Assembly (NCBI GenBank): GCA_963693365.1
Contig: CAVNZM010000017.1
Location: 1,155,989 to 1,219,988, forward strand
Reading direction: 5' to 3'
From: Amoebidium appalachense
Taxonomy: Eukaryota; Protista; Ichthyosporea
Length of the DNA: 64,000 nt
Both the position numbers and the translations under genes were made by a program. The notes below the pieces were generated by a model. It made no database searches. It saw only the letters and a program-made list of their open reading frames with translations, and was not told the DNA's origin. Each line of letters starts with the position of its first letter. Position 1 is the first letter of the stretch. Positions 1 to 28,705 of the stretch are shown one piece after another.

Positions 1-59
1 TAATGAAACACCTCTAGAGTCATAAAATTTAAATCTAACACTTACAATTTAAAATGCAG

Positions 60-6471
<6,412 letters not shown>

Positions 6472-8061
6472 AGGTGATTGGCTGAGAGGTTAGCGATTTT
6501 GCGATCTTTGACTATATAAGGAATGCGGGTTTACTAAACGTGGTTAAAGGGGTGATGTTGGTGGGTTTAGGGTAAGGGTAATTCTGTTGTGTGGGTGTAA
6601 CGAGCCCATGAAAACAAAACATTATATAGAAATATTACTTCCTAATCATTATGATTGACTTTGTTAGCGTAGGAAGGCTATATTTCATTCATATGCATAA
6701 TGTGTTGTGTAATTTCATGCGCCACAACTACTAATTTTAGTAACAACCATTTCAATTTCACTCCCTGTTGTGTCTGCTTGAATGCCGACATACATTGCCG
6801 TAGTGTATGGCTTTTCATTCATAAACAAAACAGTAAATCAATAATCATAATGTGTTTTGGCACGTACGCGTCAGTTGTAACAGTGAGTATGGTGCAATCC
6901 TTTCATGCACGTCTGGTGTTGTGTCTATGTCAACCTCAGCCTGTGTGTGTCGTGGTTTTCCTATGCGTGTCGTGGTTTTCTTATGTGTGTGGTTTTCTTT
7001 TGTGTGTCGTGGTTTGCGAAGTGTACGTGACATTGTGTGTGTACGTGTGTGCGCACGTGTGTGTGTGTGTACGTGCAATGCACGAATGTTTGTGTGCTTT
7101 TGTAACGCTGTTCGTGTGTGTACCGATCACACAGTGCCCTGATCTCCAGCCGGGGGGCTGCTGACGAGGGGAGGCAGCATAGTGCATAGCTTCAGTCTAC
7201 TAAAAGTTTACCGATGATACAACATTATGGCCGCATGCATTATGTGTTTTACAGATGCCCGTCCGACGCAATGCATGCATGTGCCCCCCCCCCCCCCCCC
7301 CCCTCTCTCCCTTTCTCTGCCCCGCCGAGGAGTTTTGATTTCCACCGTGCGCAGGTGAACTCACAATTACACATACTCGCGTGTAAAATGTCACTTAGCA
7401 GAGCACAAACAGTAACACGTGCAATGCGATGCACACCGGCGATGGCCGGCACATGCATACAAGGAGGGTGGGAGGAGGGGGGGGGTGGTTCATGTGACTC
7501 ATTCACCCAATTGAAAGGTCTATCTCAGTACTAGAGATAGTTTGTGCACGTGTGCATGTGTGTGTAACGTGGTAGGGAATGGGTAGCAAGTGCTTAGGGT
7601 TCATTTCTCGCACGGCAAATACATGAACTCGAACCTGGGGGAAAAAAAGAGAAAAAGAACGGCGGATCGAAATTTCCCATGCATGTGGTCAAAATATAGC
7701 ACTAAGAGCTTCATATGGCACAAAAAGGGAGCTAAGGTTCGTGAATTATGAGAAAAGGGGACGGTACGCAACAACTACTTGCTGGCTAGAAATCAAATCA
7801 GTTGTAAAAAGTATACAAATCGTTCAAATAAAAACGGGACTAGGACAACATATTACACACTATGGCTAATCCACATTGTTTATTATTTCTGTAAACGGGG
7901 AGATTATTACATGCAGCCGTGTTTTCTAAGCCATGCTATCCATTGCCCACATCCACCAATGAGATCGTCCCGATATGACGTCAGTTTACGCATGGACCAA
8001 TCGGCAGCATCCAAATGGTCGGCAAAATCACATATGACGTCACTGGTGCTCTCTCAGCCAA

Positions 8062-8289
8062 TCAGCAGCACCCGCCCATGTTTGCAGTCTTGTCCGACTG
8101 GCCGTGCACGGTGCGGTAGGGGGCGTCCGTTTTAAAGGGCCCATAGTGGGTGGTGCCCGAACCATAAAAGGCAAAGTGGGGGGCAAAGCGCGTTTCTTTA
8201 AGCATGCGGTAGCTGTTGCGGTCCACCGGCGTCACCTTTCCAGCCGTGTACACGTTGTCGCTTTTTAAAGTACGTGTGTGTGTGTGTGT

Positions 8290-8327
<38 letters not shown>

Positions 8328-8579
8328 AGAATGTGTTATGCACTCGTGACAGAAAACACAACGTTAAGTGTAATGCACTTGGAGGGAGCGGGGGGAGGGC
8401 GATAGGGGGGTTTAAATGGGCTATAAAGTACGAGCGGGGGGAGGGGGATAGGGGGGTTTAAATGGGCTATAAAGTACGAGATAGGGGGGGAGGGGGAGGG
8501 GACATGTGTGGCCAAACCATAGCCCCCACAACATGAAGAAGAAAGGAGTGGGGTGGTGGTGGTGGTGGTGAGCTGGGGG

Positions 8580-8631
<52 letters not shown>

Positions 8632-9210
8632 CACGGAGTAAGAAGTGGTAATGCCTATGGGATAGATTGGTGTAAGGTCCCCCCTCCCCCGTTCCCTCCC
8701 CCCCCCCCCCCCCCCCCACACACACACACCCACACACACACACCACCACCACCGCCACTGCATGCAGGCACACATCTGAACGTACAAACAGGCACATCAT
8801 TTTCCCGTTACCATTACCATGAAGGGGAAGGGGGGGTTTTGAATGCGTTAAAAAGTACGAAGTACACAAGAACAAACGGATAACACGATGCAGAATGCAA
8901 GCCATACATAAAGAGTATGCATAATAAGCAGAGCCCATCCTCAGGGGGGGCCCACGTCATCCACAGTACCCGAGTTTCGACCTATTCCCCTCGTTAACGA
9001 AACCCAACTCAGATACTGTTTCACTTGAACATGAGTAGGTCACCCGTCTTGATCAGAGACGAGCAGGGTTGCTTATGCAGGCAAGGGCAGTGGGAAAGGC
9101 CGGGGGTTAAAGTTGCAGCAGTAAGCAGAAGCAAGAAAAATATAGATAGGAACTCAGGAGACGGGGCTTCTAGGAAGCTCCCCCGTCGATACCTAAGTCG
9201 ATACTTCCCT

Positions 9211-9249
<39 letters not shown>

Positions 9250-9535
9250 AGGAAGCGTTACGAATTAAGGGGTAAACAACATGCAGAAATCTCATGGCAT
9301 ACATAAAGAATATGCATTATGAACACAGCCCGATCCTCAAGGGGGGGGACCAAATTGGAGGGGAGAGGGGGGGGAGGTTGTCAACACACCAGTCGAGCTT
9401 GAATTCCTTGGGGCAGGACTCCACGGTACCCTGTAAGCCAACATCAAATGAGAACCATGTGCACTAAGCCCAAACTCGGCACGCACGAAGACACAAACAC
9501 CATGTCATTGGAAGAAAAAAACCAAGTACAAACCA

Positions 9536-9569
<34 letters not shown>

Positions 9570-10161
9570 AAAACAAAAACAAAAAAAACACCCACACCAC
9601 ACACGGGCGCGCACACACCCACACACACCCACACGCGGGCGCGCACACACCCACACCACACACACACACACACACACACCCCCATACCCACACACCCACA
9701 CCCACACCCACACACGCACGCACGCACGCACACACACCCGCACCCATCTACCCAACCACACACACAACTCCACGACACCACTACCAGCAGCAACACATAA
9801 TAATGGTATCAATAATACTACCCTTCCTTCTTGTCTTTACTACTCTAGAAAGAAAAATTATAAACACTGCTTTCCAAACAGTCATGTATGACATAATAGG
9901 CATTCAAACTCATTGGATTTTAAAATCTTAAACTTTACCCACCTTGTATTCAACGGCATGACCATAATCCTCCTTCTGGCTGTCCAGGTCCGAAAGTTTG
10001 AACAGGCGGTAGGTGGCGGACCAGAAGCGGATGTGCCCTGTGTGTGCGTGTGCGTGTGCGTGTGCGTGTGTGTGCATGTGAGTGAGAGTGAGAGTGAGAG
10101 TGCGTGCGTGTTTGTGTGTGTGTGCGTGCGTGGTGTACGAGTGTGTGTGTGTGTGTGTCTA

Positions 10162-10211
<50 letters not shown>

Positions 10212-10635
10212 CGTGCATGCATGCATGCTCGTGCGCGCGCATGTGTATGTCAAACATGCAAGCAAAAATGCAAGCAAAGACATTAAACAACCACATAGAT
10301 AAAAACACAAAAGGCGGAACAAAAACGTACAGGCAAACAAAACTATAACAGAGCTTAACGCCAGGGGGGCTCAAACGACACCACCAAAGAGAACGGAATT
10401 CAACCCCTCAACCTCTCGCGTGTGGTTACCAACCCATCCCTCAGTTCAACCAAGGGGGGAGGGGGGAGGGGGGAGGGAGGAAGGGGGGATAAAAATGTTT
10501 TTAGAGTACACAGTCAGAACAACGCAACAGAGGTTTTGCGAAGCACGCGCAAGGAATATGCTACCAATCAGAGCCCATCTCCTCAAGATGGGGAGGGGAG
10601 AGGGGAAGGGGAAGGGTAAAAACACCAGTGGGGAG

Positions 10636-10703
<68 letters not shown>

Positions 10704-10955
10704 AGGGGGGGGGGGGGGGGGGGGGGGGAGATAAAACACACCAATCAGCTCTTCGACCTTCTTGTTGTCAATGGTGATGATCGAGTCATCCACCAATCGG
10801 ACATCGGCAAACCCATTGGCACGTGCAAGGCTCATAAAGTCCCCCCAGTAGAGCGCACCGGAGAGGCACTCACCCCACAGCACCTGTGTACGTGTGTGTG
10901 TTTGTGTGTGTGTGGATGTACGTGTTTGTGTGTGTATATAAGGGTAGGTGTGTAC

Positions 10956-10986
<31 letters not shown>

Positions 10987-11620
10987 CGAGTGCACGTGCA
11001 CCCATGCTTGTGTGTAAGTGTGCATATGTGAGCGCGTGTGTGATGTGATTTTTGTGCCTTTTCCGTGAGGCAGGAGAGAGGTTGAAGGTCAGTTGTCTTG
11101 TTAGTTCCCCTTAAAGCTGTTCTTGCACCATTCAACAGTACTCTGTATAGCTTATGGGTTTTTAATATCAATCAGTCTTTTTTCAGTTCCTCCCACAGGC
11201 CTGAAAACACAACCAGTTCTATTTCAGTTCCTATAGAACCTGCTCAGCACTAATCAACCGAGCACTGAGTAATTTCGGGCCAATGGAAAACACACCCAGC
11301 CATACCAATTATTCTTTCAGGTCTTCTTAAAGCCCATTTTGCACCAATCAACAGTGCCCTGTATGATATTAAGCCAATAGAAACCCACCTTGTCCTTAGT
11401 CAATTCCTCAGGGACCCTCCTATCCGCATAGACGTCACCAAAATAAAGCTCCCCTCCGGGCTTGAGCACACGGAAGGCCTCCCGGAGCACAGCGTTCTTG
11501 TCGGGGCACAGGTTGATCACGCAGTTGGACCTGTGTGTGTGTGTGTGTACGTGTGTGTACGTGTGTACGTGTGTGCAGGTGTGTGGGTGTTACAGTGTGT
11601 GGGTGTGGGAGGGCGGGGGG

Positions 11621-11684
<64 letters not shown>

Positions 11685-13693
11685 ATGCGCAAAGGGGGGC
11701 AGGTTAGAAGCGTTACAGAGTACGAAGCACACATTCATAACGAACAACACAACGCAGAGTGCAAACCACACACAAAGAGTACGCACAATTCTCCCATGGG
11801 GGGAGGGCGGGGGGAGGAGTGAGATGGGAGTGTGCATGTGTATGTGTGTGTGCAGATGGGTGTGTGTACGTGCGTGCGCACAATGTGTAAGAGTATGATT
11901 GTGTGTATGTGAATGTGTTAATGTGTTGTGTATGAATGTGTGTACGTGTTGTAGTGTGTGTGTGTGTGTGTTTGTGTATGTGAATGTGTTAGGGTATTGT
12001 ATGTGTGTGTGTTCGTGCGCGCGCATGCGTCTGTTACAGGGAGGCGGGGGGAGGGGGGGGGGGGGGGGGGGGGGGAGGGAAGGGGGGTATTGAGTAGAAG
12101 TGCACACTTACACAATGACGTCCAGTGAGTTGTCGGGCAGACCAGCATCCTGAAGTTTCTCGATGTAGCCCTTACGGAACTCAACATTGGGTGTGCTGTA
12201 CTTGAACGCCTAAAAAGGGTGTGTGTACGTGTACGTGTGCGTGTGCGTGTGTGTGTGTGTGTGTTTGGGGGGGGAGGGGGGGTTGATGTGTGTGTGTGTG
12301 TTTATGTTGTATGTGTGCGTGTGCGTGTGTGCGTGTGTGTGTGTGCGCGCGTGTTTGTGTAAGTGTACGTACAAACGTTATCTTTTATGGTCTTGCTTTC
12401 CTTCAATTATGATTCCGAAGTTTTTTTTTGGCTGAATCGGTTTGTGAGCGGGTGGGGATGGGGGTGGTGGGGGAATGGAGGTGGGGTGGGGTGGATGGGG
12501 GGGGGGGGATGTATGCATCCAAGAGTGGAAAACATGTAAGCAAGACAAGACCCCCCCCCCCCCCCCCCACACACACAACCACCCACATACCCCCCCCCCC
12601 CCCCCCCCGCGCAAAAAAAAAAAAAAAAAAAAAAAACATAGCAAAAAGGGCTTATATATATATATCTATATATCTATATATCTATATATATATATATATA
12701 TATATATAGCAAAACGTTCCATAAACATCAACACCAACACCAACAACCACAACAACGACACCCCTAACACCTCCACCACCCCAACACAAATCAAAAACCA
12801 AAAAAAGGGAACAACAACCATCATAATAAAATTGCAACAGTAAACCCGCAACCCCCCTACCTGTGTGTGGTAATCGATGTGGCGATTTGCCACTGCAAGT
12901 TGCTCATCGGTCATGTCCACACCAATCACATGCCCACCTGCGCAAACATAAATTCAGAACAAATGAAATTACATGATCTGGCAGGAGGAGCACACCATGG
13001 GCCACACATATTCAACGTTCAGCCCCCCCCCCCCCCGAAAAACGGTTAGTATGCACATATTCCTCTTTCTCCTCCGTATATACACACCCACACCCACACC
13101 ATAACCCCCCCCCCCCCTCTCCGCGTCGTTTAAAATAATGACAAAGACGTATAAGAACAAGCCCACGTAAATCATCTACTACGCTCCATACTGAAACCCC
13201 CCCCCCTCCCCTTAACACCCCCAAAGACACCCCCCCCCCCCTGTCCAAAAATAAAAATAAAATAAAAAACAAACAAACAAACAAAACTGCACGCACTTTG
13301 GCCGACCAGCTTTGAGAGGATAAAGCAATCCTGGCCGGCACCAGAGCCCAGGTCGAGCACGTGGCAGCCCTCCAGCAGCTGTGTGTGTGTGTGTGTGTGC
13401 GTGTGTGAGTGAATGAGTGAGTGTGAGTGTGAGTGTGAGTGTGTGAGTGTATGTGTGTGTGCACGTGCGTGCGTGTGTGCATGTGTGTGTGTGGGTGTGC
13501 GAGCGCGCATAAGTGCGAGTGTTTGTGTGTGTTGTGAGTGTGTGTGTGTGTGTGTGGTGCGTGTGGCTTATGGGAGGGAGAGTATGGGCTCCTGAGGGGG
13601 GAGGAGGGGGGAGGGGGGGAAGGGGGGAAGAGAGAGAGAGAGAGAGAGAGAGGGAGGGAGGGGGAGAGAGAGAGAGAAAGGGACACACACACA

Positions 13694-13753
<60 letters not shown>

Positions 13754-14404
13754 AAAGGGGTTTCCAAACCTCGGGAATAACCAGGCCGCAACCGTAGTAG
13801 CGTGAGGAGACCTCCGGGTGGATCATGGCCATGGCCTGTTTGATGTGGGGGGGTGGGGCCTCACCCGTGCAGCAGGCATTGGTCTTGAGGTCACTGCTGG
13901 CCTGCAGAACCTGTGCGTGTACGCGTACATGTGTAGGTGTTGTTTGTGTGTGTGTGTGTATGGATGGGGGCAATGGGGGGGGGGGGGGGGGAGGGTTGGA
14001 TGGGTTGGGCGTGTAGATGGGTGGGTGGGTGGTGGTGGTGGTGTTGGGGGGGGGGGGGGGGGGGGGGGGGGTTGGGCAGGGGGAGGAGGGATATGTGTTG
14101 TGTGGGGGGCCGGGGGAGGGGGTTATGTGCGCGTGCATGTGTGTGTGGGGGGGGGGGGGGGGGGGGGGGGAGGGGGTTATGTGTGTGGGGCGGGGCGGGG
14201 AGGGGGACGGGTTTGAATGCGCCATGAAGTACACATAAACAACGGACAACACGATGGAGAGAGAAGGGGGGGGGGGGGGGGGGGGGGGGAATGTGTGCGT
14301 GTGAAAAGGGATGTGTGTGAGTGTGTCTGCATGTACTTGTAGGTATGTTTCGGTGTTTGCGCGTGCGTGTACATGGTACATGTGTGCAAGTGTATCTGCG
14401 TGCT

Positions 14405-14441
<37 letters not shown>

Positions 14442-16064
14442 ACGTGCATGTATGTGTGTGTGTGCACGTGCATGTATGTGTGTGTGCACGTGCATGCATG
14501 TGTGTGTGTGCACGTGCATGCATGTGTGTGTGTGCACGTGCATGTATGTGTGTGTGTGCACGTGCATGTGTGTGTGCACGTGCATGTGTGTGTGTGCACG
14601 TGCATGTATGTGTGCACGTGCATGTATGTGTGTGTGCACGTGCATGTATGTGTGTGTACGTGTGTGTGCACGTGCATGCACCCACCTTGCCATAGTAGTC
14701 CTGCACCTCCTCCTGCACAGACTTGGCCTCCTTCTTCTCCTCTGCACTTTCCTTTTTAGGGACACAGCATCCACCCTCCTTCTTCTCCTCCACACTCTCC
14801 TTTTTAGGACCACATTCCTTTTTTGAACCGCAGCATCCCCCCCTCCTTCTTCACTTCTTCCGTTTTCTTGGGAGGGCAACAAGACGTCTTGGTCTCCGCA
14901 TTTGCATCGGTTTTCTTCGGGCCGCAGCATGACTCCTTCTTGGGCTCGGCCTGCTTGGGCGGGCAGCAGGACCCTTCCCCGCTCTTTCCAGAACCACAGC
15001 TCTGCGTTAGATGAGAAGATGGGAGAGAGGTGGGCAGAAGGGGGGGGGGGGGGGGGAGGGGGAGCAGGGAGGCAGGGGGAGGGGGAGGTTTGGCGAAAAA
15101 GATGTGGAAAGAGTTTTGGCTGGATGTGGTGTATGGGATCGTTGTTTGTGGGTGTTCCCCATCGAGGAGGGGGGAAGATGGAGGGGGGCACAGTGGGAGA
15201 GAGAGAGAGCGTGACAGTCAGTAAAAGTGAAAGGCAGGGGCACAGGGGGGGGAGGGGGGGAGGGGGGGAGAGGGGGAGGAATCGAGTATAAGACAACAGA
15301 ATAGTGCAGGCAAAAACCGTTTCTTAGCCGGCACATATGTTGTGTTGAATCCTGAGAGACGAGGCAGAATAGAGCATGGCAGGAGGGGCTGGGAAAGCTA
15401 GATCTGACCTTGGAAACAGAAAACATGCGCGACCAAGCAGGGGCCTGAACGGACGCCCGCACGCTTTGTGCATAGACACCAAGCAGGCCACGCCGACCCA
15501 CCACAGAGAGAATTGGTGTGCACACCTACACGTGTTGAGGTTAGACTTGTTTGTGTGAGGCTACGGGGAGGAAGAGAAGGAGGTATATGTAGATGCGTGG
15601 GTTGAACGGGGGAGGGGGGAAGGGGGGGGGGGGGGGGGGGGGGCAGGGGGAGACACAAGAAGGCCAGACTGCAAGGAGATGTTCTTTGACACGTCGTTGT
15701 GTTGGATCAGGCTGTGAGCACAACTGACACAAAGAAAAAATAAAGGTGAATTGTATCTAGTTTCAGTCAAAGAAAAGGTGGAAACCCTTGACATGGCAAA
15801 CAAGACTCGACATGGCAGAGCACCATGTTTCGTCACACACAAAGAGCTGGAGAGTGCTCGAAACCCGAGCTCAGAGAAACAAGCAACAAAAGGGAAAAGA
15901 AACTCAGGAATAATAGATGTGAATTAAGGCGTTGACCAAATACAAAACATTGAGAACAAAGGACAAAGTATGTCAAGTCCTTGAAAGGAAGAAACATGCC
16001 GGAGAGAGAGGTCTATAAGCCAAAAAATCAACGGGAGGAGGAGGGGGAGGAAAGAGGTGGGGGT

Positions 16065-16098
<34 letters not shown>

Positions 16099-16163
16099 GA
16101 GAGAGAGAGAGACTAGGAAAAGAAAAAAACACAAACAGATGGGAGTGGGTAGCTTACACTCAT
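8062..16163 (-). CDS. AS3MT: Arsenite S-adenosylmethionine methyltransferase (AS3MT/ArsM family) with predicted mitochondrial presequence and N-terminal Cys-Cys repeats
   Basis: Exons (minus): 16163-16158 (ATG AGT|GTAAGC), 15525-15409, 15001-14686, 13910-13770, 13378-13297, 12937-12861, 12209-12112, 11530-11389, 10883-10742, 10037-9943, 9430-9390, 8260-8062. Motifs [76 protein letters not shown]-terminal GGCC*. One extra G in a 7-G run near 14840 breaks the frame (probable sequencing error). The first exon is inferred. Confidence 0.9.
8837..9210 (-). mobile_element. Poly-C-associated structured repeat, subfamily A, 5'-truncated copy (374 bp)
   Basis: Near-identical to 18393-18766 and 24085-24381. 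G tracts on both sides on the + strand. Confidence 0.85.
9249..9350 (-). mobile_element. Diverged fragment of the poly-C-associated repeat
   Basis: After poly-G: taggaagcgttacg...atgcagaa...catacataaagaatatgcat...cagcccgatcctcaaggggg; same motifs as subfamily A. Confidence 0.6.
10497..10595 (-). mobile_element. Diverged fragment of the poly-C-associated repeat
   Basis: gagtacac...aaggaatatgc...cagagcccatctcctcaag. Confidence 0.45.
11703..11800 (-). mobile_element. Diverged fragment of the poly-C-associated repeat (subfamily C-like end)
   Basis: gttagaagcgttacagagtacgaagcacac...acaacacaacgcagagtgcaaac...aaagagtacgcac. Confidence 0.55.
14430..14680. repeat. Degenerate tandem repeat of about 18-24 bp, (gtgcacgtgcatgtatgtgt)n
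   Basis: About 11 copies of CACGTGCATG separated by short (TG)n, inside an AS3MT intron. Confidence 0.85.
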
Positions 16164-16511
16164 TCTCAAGATTTTCCTCCGTTGTCTCACTTCCAAATAT
16201 GAACAAACTTGCAGCTAAGTTTTTGTAGGCACCTCAGAGGGAAGCTTGATCTTTTTTGTGGCGCCACACGGGCTAGTCTAAAAATGTATACGTCACCAAA
16301 TGACGTCTTTCGATGCAGTATCATTCACTGGCTGGAAGACCACGGCACACGGCCCGAGGGCCGTGCACTGATCGAATTACGTAAAGGCCTTGGCCGTGTA
16401 CGTAAGAGACACGGCCATCTAGGTGTTTCTAGATGGCCGTGGTAAGAGCCTATTATTTGTAGCTGTGTGTGCGTGCGTGTGTGGGTGCGTGTGCCGGTGT
16501 GAGTGTGTGTG

Positions 16512-16863
16512 CTCACACGTACTGACGGTGTGCACGCGCTGCGCTTTATCCGATTTTTCCTTGCCACCTACTGAGATGGCTCCCTATTTTTCCTTACACA
16601 TTCAGCGAACACTAGACTCTATCGAACCGTCGAGGCGCCGCGACAGAGAGCATGCACGCGGTCGCGAGAGTGTAAGGGAAAATCGCCTGCAGCGAACGTA
16701 AAGTTCATCGCAGCGCGTGCACACCGTCAGTACGTGTGAGGATTTTTCCTTACACTCTCGCGACCGCGTGCATGCGTTCTGTCGCGGCGCCTCGACGGTT
16801 CGATATAGTCCAATGTTCGCTGAATGTGTAAGGAAGAATAAGGAGCCATCTCAGTAGGTGGCA
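16512..16863. repeat. Interleaved inverted repeats A-B-A'-B' (fold-back element)
   Basis: A 16512-16543 is the exact reverse complement of 16709-16740. B 16562-16684 is the near-exact reverse complement of 16741-16863. Flanked by (TG)n. Confidence 0.85.
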
Positions 16864-16898
16864 GGTGTGTCTGTGTGTGTGGGTGCGTGTGTGCGTGC

Positions 16899-16970
<72 letters not shown>

Positions 16971-17494
16971 ATGTGTGAGGGGACGGGGAGGGGGGGGGTG
17001 GGGGTACCGGTTTGCACGGGGCCACACAAGAAAATGTACTCATAGGCCCACCCATTAAACCAGTATTCAAATCTTAATATACGAGTGACCGGCGGTACAA
17101 GTACTCAGCCTTAGCTTGCCTTTTACTATTGGTGTCAGCCAACCGAAAAGGCCGTTAAGCCGTTCATACTTCAGTATCGAGTACTGTAACATCCAAATCA
17201 AAACTGAAACAATTCAAAAATAAATATTCATCGCACCTATATATAATGCAAACAAAATATTCACAAGTACTCATAAAGACAAACGAAAGAACATATTCAC
17301 AAGCACTCATAGAGACAAACGAAAGAACATTTGAACTAAGGAGGCAAAAGAAAGCAACCCAAAAAAATAGAATAGAGTAAAAATTAAATTCATTCCCAAA
17401 AGTAACAGGCACGAGTAATCGTCATGCGACTGGGCATTGGTTTTTCAGTTAAAGCTGATTATAAACCAATCAAAACACGTCTTTGTCAGGTGGA

Positions 17495-26706
<9,212 letters not shown>

Positions 26707-28705
26707 TCTCTGTGCAGGTGATCACAATTGCAATGAGCATTTCATGTCCTCCTTCTCCCTCCCCCCCTCCTTCCCCCACCCAAACCCCTTCTTCTCCCCC
26801 TCTACCCCGACCTCCGCCCATCACCCCCGACCTAAACATCCATCCATACCCCTTCTTCCCCTTCCCCTCCACCCGCAAACACATACACCATCACCTCCCC
26901 CCCTCCCCTCCCCCCAAACCTGCCCCCTCCCCGTCCAGCCCAGTATACCCCCCATCCCAACCCCCACCTGAATCCCCCCAAAAAAGCATGTGGTATTTGG
27001 ACAACCAAATATATAAACGAGCTGATATAATTAATCCTATACCCAAACATACCAAATCGATGAAAACACAAGGCGACGGTGTGGCCAGCAAGGAAATGAT
27101 AAGAAACGCTGAAAACGAAAAAAACCGTGATGTCCACGTTTCCTGCAGTCCTGGCGCAAGGCACACCGTGACGTCATCAATGACATGCGGTGGCTCATGT
27201 GAAAGTAAGCTCTGGCCAAAGGGCCAAAGCTTGCGCAAGTAGCAAGATGTGTCAGATATAGAGAGTGGGTGCTATCAATAGATCAGGTATTTGAGTGACT
27301 CTAGAAGGCCAAGGAATGATAGCGCGCAAACTGTGCAGTGTGATTCTTTATAAACCCAAGGTTGGGGTCACGGCCAAAGAAAATGGTTTCAGGAAACATA
27401 TTTTAGTTAAAGTATAGCAATTCTATTTTTTTAACTCTTAACTACACAGCATATTTATATACAAACTACTTTTATATGTTCTATAGTACGTTGATAAGAC
27501 ACTATGTATTTCTTTTAGTACCATTTGTTCCTATTTCAGAATGTTTTTGTAGCGGCCTAAATATTAGGATAACTAGTCTCGGAGGAGACACAAATTGCAT
27601 CTTTCTCTACCAATCGTTTCAATGCAGTCCTGGTGTTCGTAGCCAATTAAAATGGTCCTGCATAACGCCAACTTTTGGGGCCCCGGGGGCTAATAGGCTA
27701 TTGATTTCAATGGCTGTGAAGCTCTTATGCTTATAAGGACATTCTAAATTAAGCACTATGCATAGTTTTTATGTCATATTATCGTATAACGGCCCAAACT
27801 GTGACTTGTTAAAGGAAAGGCTTGCCAAATCTTTTGAATATTATTGCATTTCATAAAGCGATTCATAAATAATAGATAAGAAGTACCCACCACCAATCAG
27901 ATCCATTCGAGCTTGTTTCATTAGGCTAGGGGTTAGCACTTGAAACTAATGTGTACATATTATCACTTATACAGGATGCTTGCAAGATTACATTGCAGAA
28001 ACCAAGGAGACGAATACTTCAAAGTTTCTGAAAAACAGCGCGGCTGTCCAGTAAACACATTTTTTTTATGCCGTTCATACAGTTTAACAGATCATGCGTA
28101 AGAAAAAATCGGCGAGCTACGGCCCACGGGTATGTGGAGTCCATACTTTGGGCTTTGTCGATTGGCTACTCAACAACTTGGCCAAACGGTTACGAAAGAG
28201 TGCGGCCACAGCTTCTTGCTGGTCGCGGTTAGTGATTGGCTAATTGATGACCATACCCTGGTGCCATTAGCTTTGAATCAAAGTGGTGCGGGATTACACT
28301 CTAGGTCTACTTACTGTCATAGCTAAGATTTTTTGCAAACTAAATATATTTCAGCTATATATTATAAAACAGGCAACTGTTTTCTAGGTGTTTAGATCGA
28401 TGGTCCAGGCCTGCAAGCCTTTGGGACGTGCAAAGTAGCATTGGGTATATCCGCAATGACGCAATGGAAATCATTTGACATTCTCCACATCTGATTCGTA
28501 TATTATCTGTCATTGTTCTGAGCATTCCAACAACCCAGTTCGCCTTTATAAGCTCCTTGCCCCATACTCAGCTGGCTCAGTTTCATCTCGAAAGCGACCA
28601 TCAAACGCTAACGTTGTATGATTAGTACCATTCCATTTGTCACGTTTTTGTTTACGTCTTGTAGGTATCCTTGTCATAGGTTAACGCTGTTCTTTGAGCG
28701 AGAAA

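Noticed and set aside
7960-8064. Selenocysteine read-through of AS3MT GGCC-TGA with a SECIS
   Set aside because: A CC-stop tail is ordinary for this family. The downstream sequence shows two TGACGTCA palindromes but no convincing SECIS core.
17255-17330. 36-bp direct duplication (similar short duplications at 8390-8480 and 17590-17700)
   Set aside because: Ordinary local slippage duplications with no further structure.
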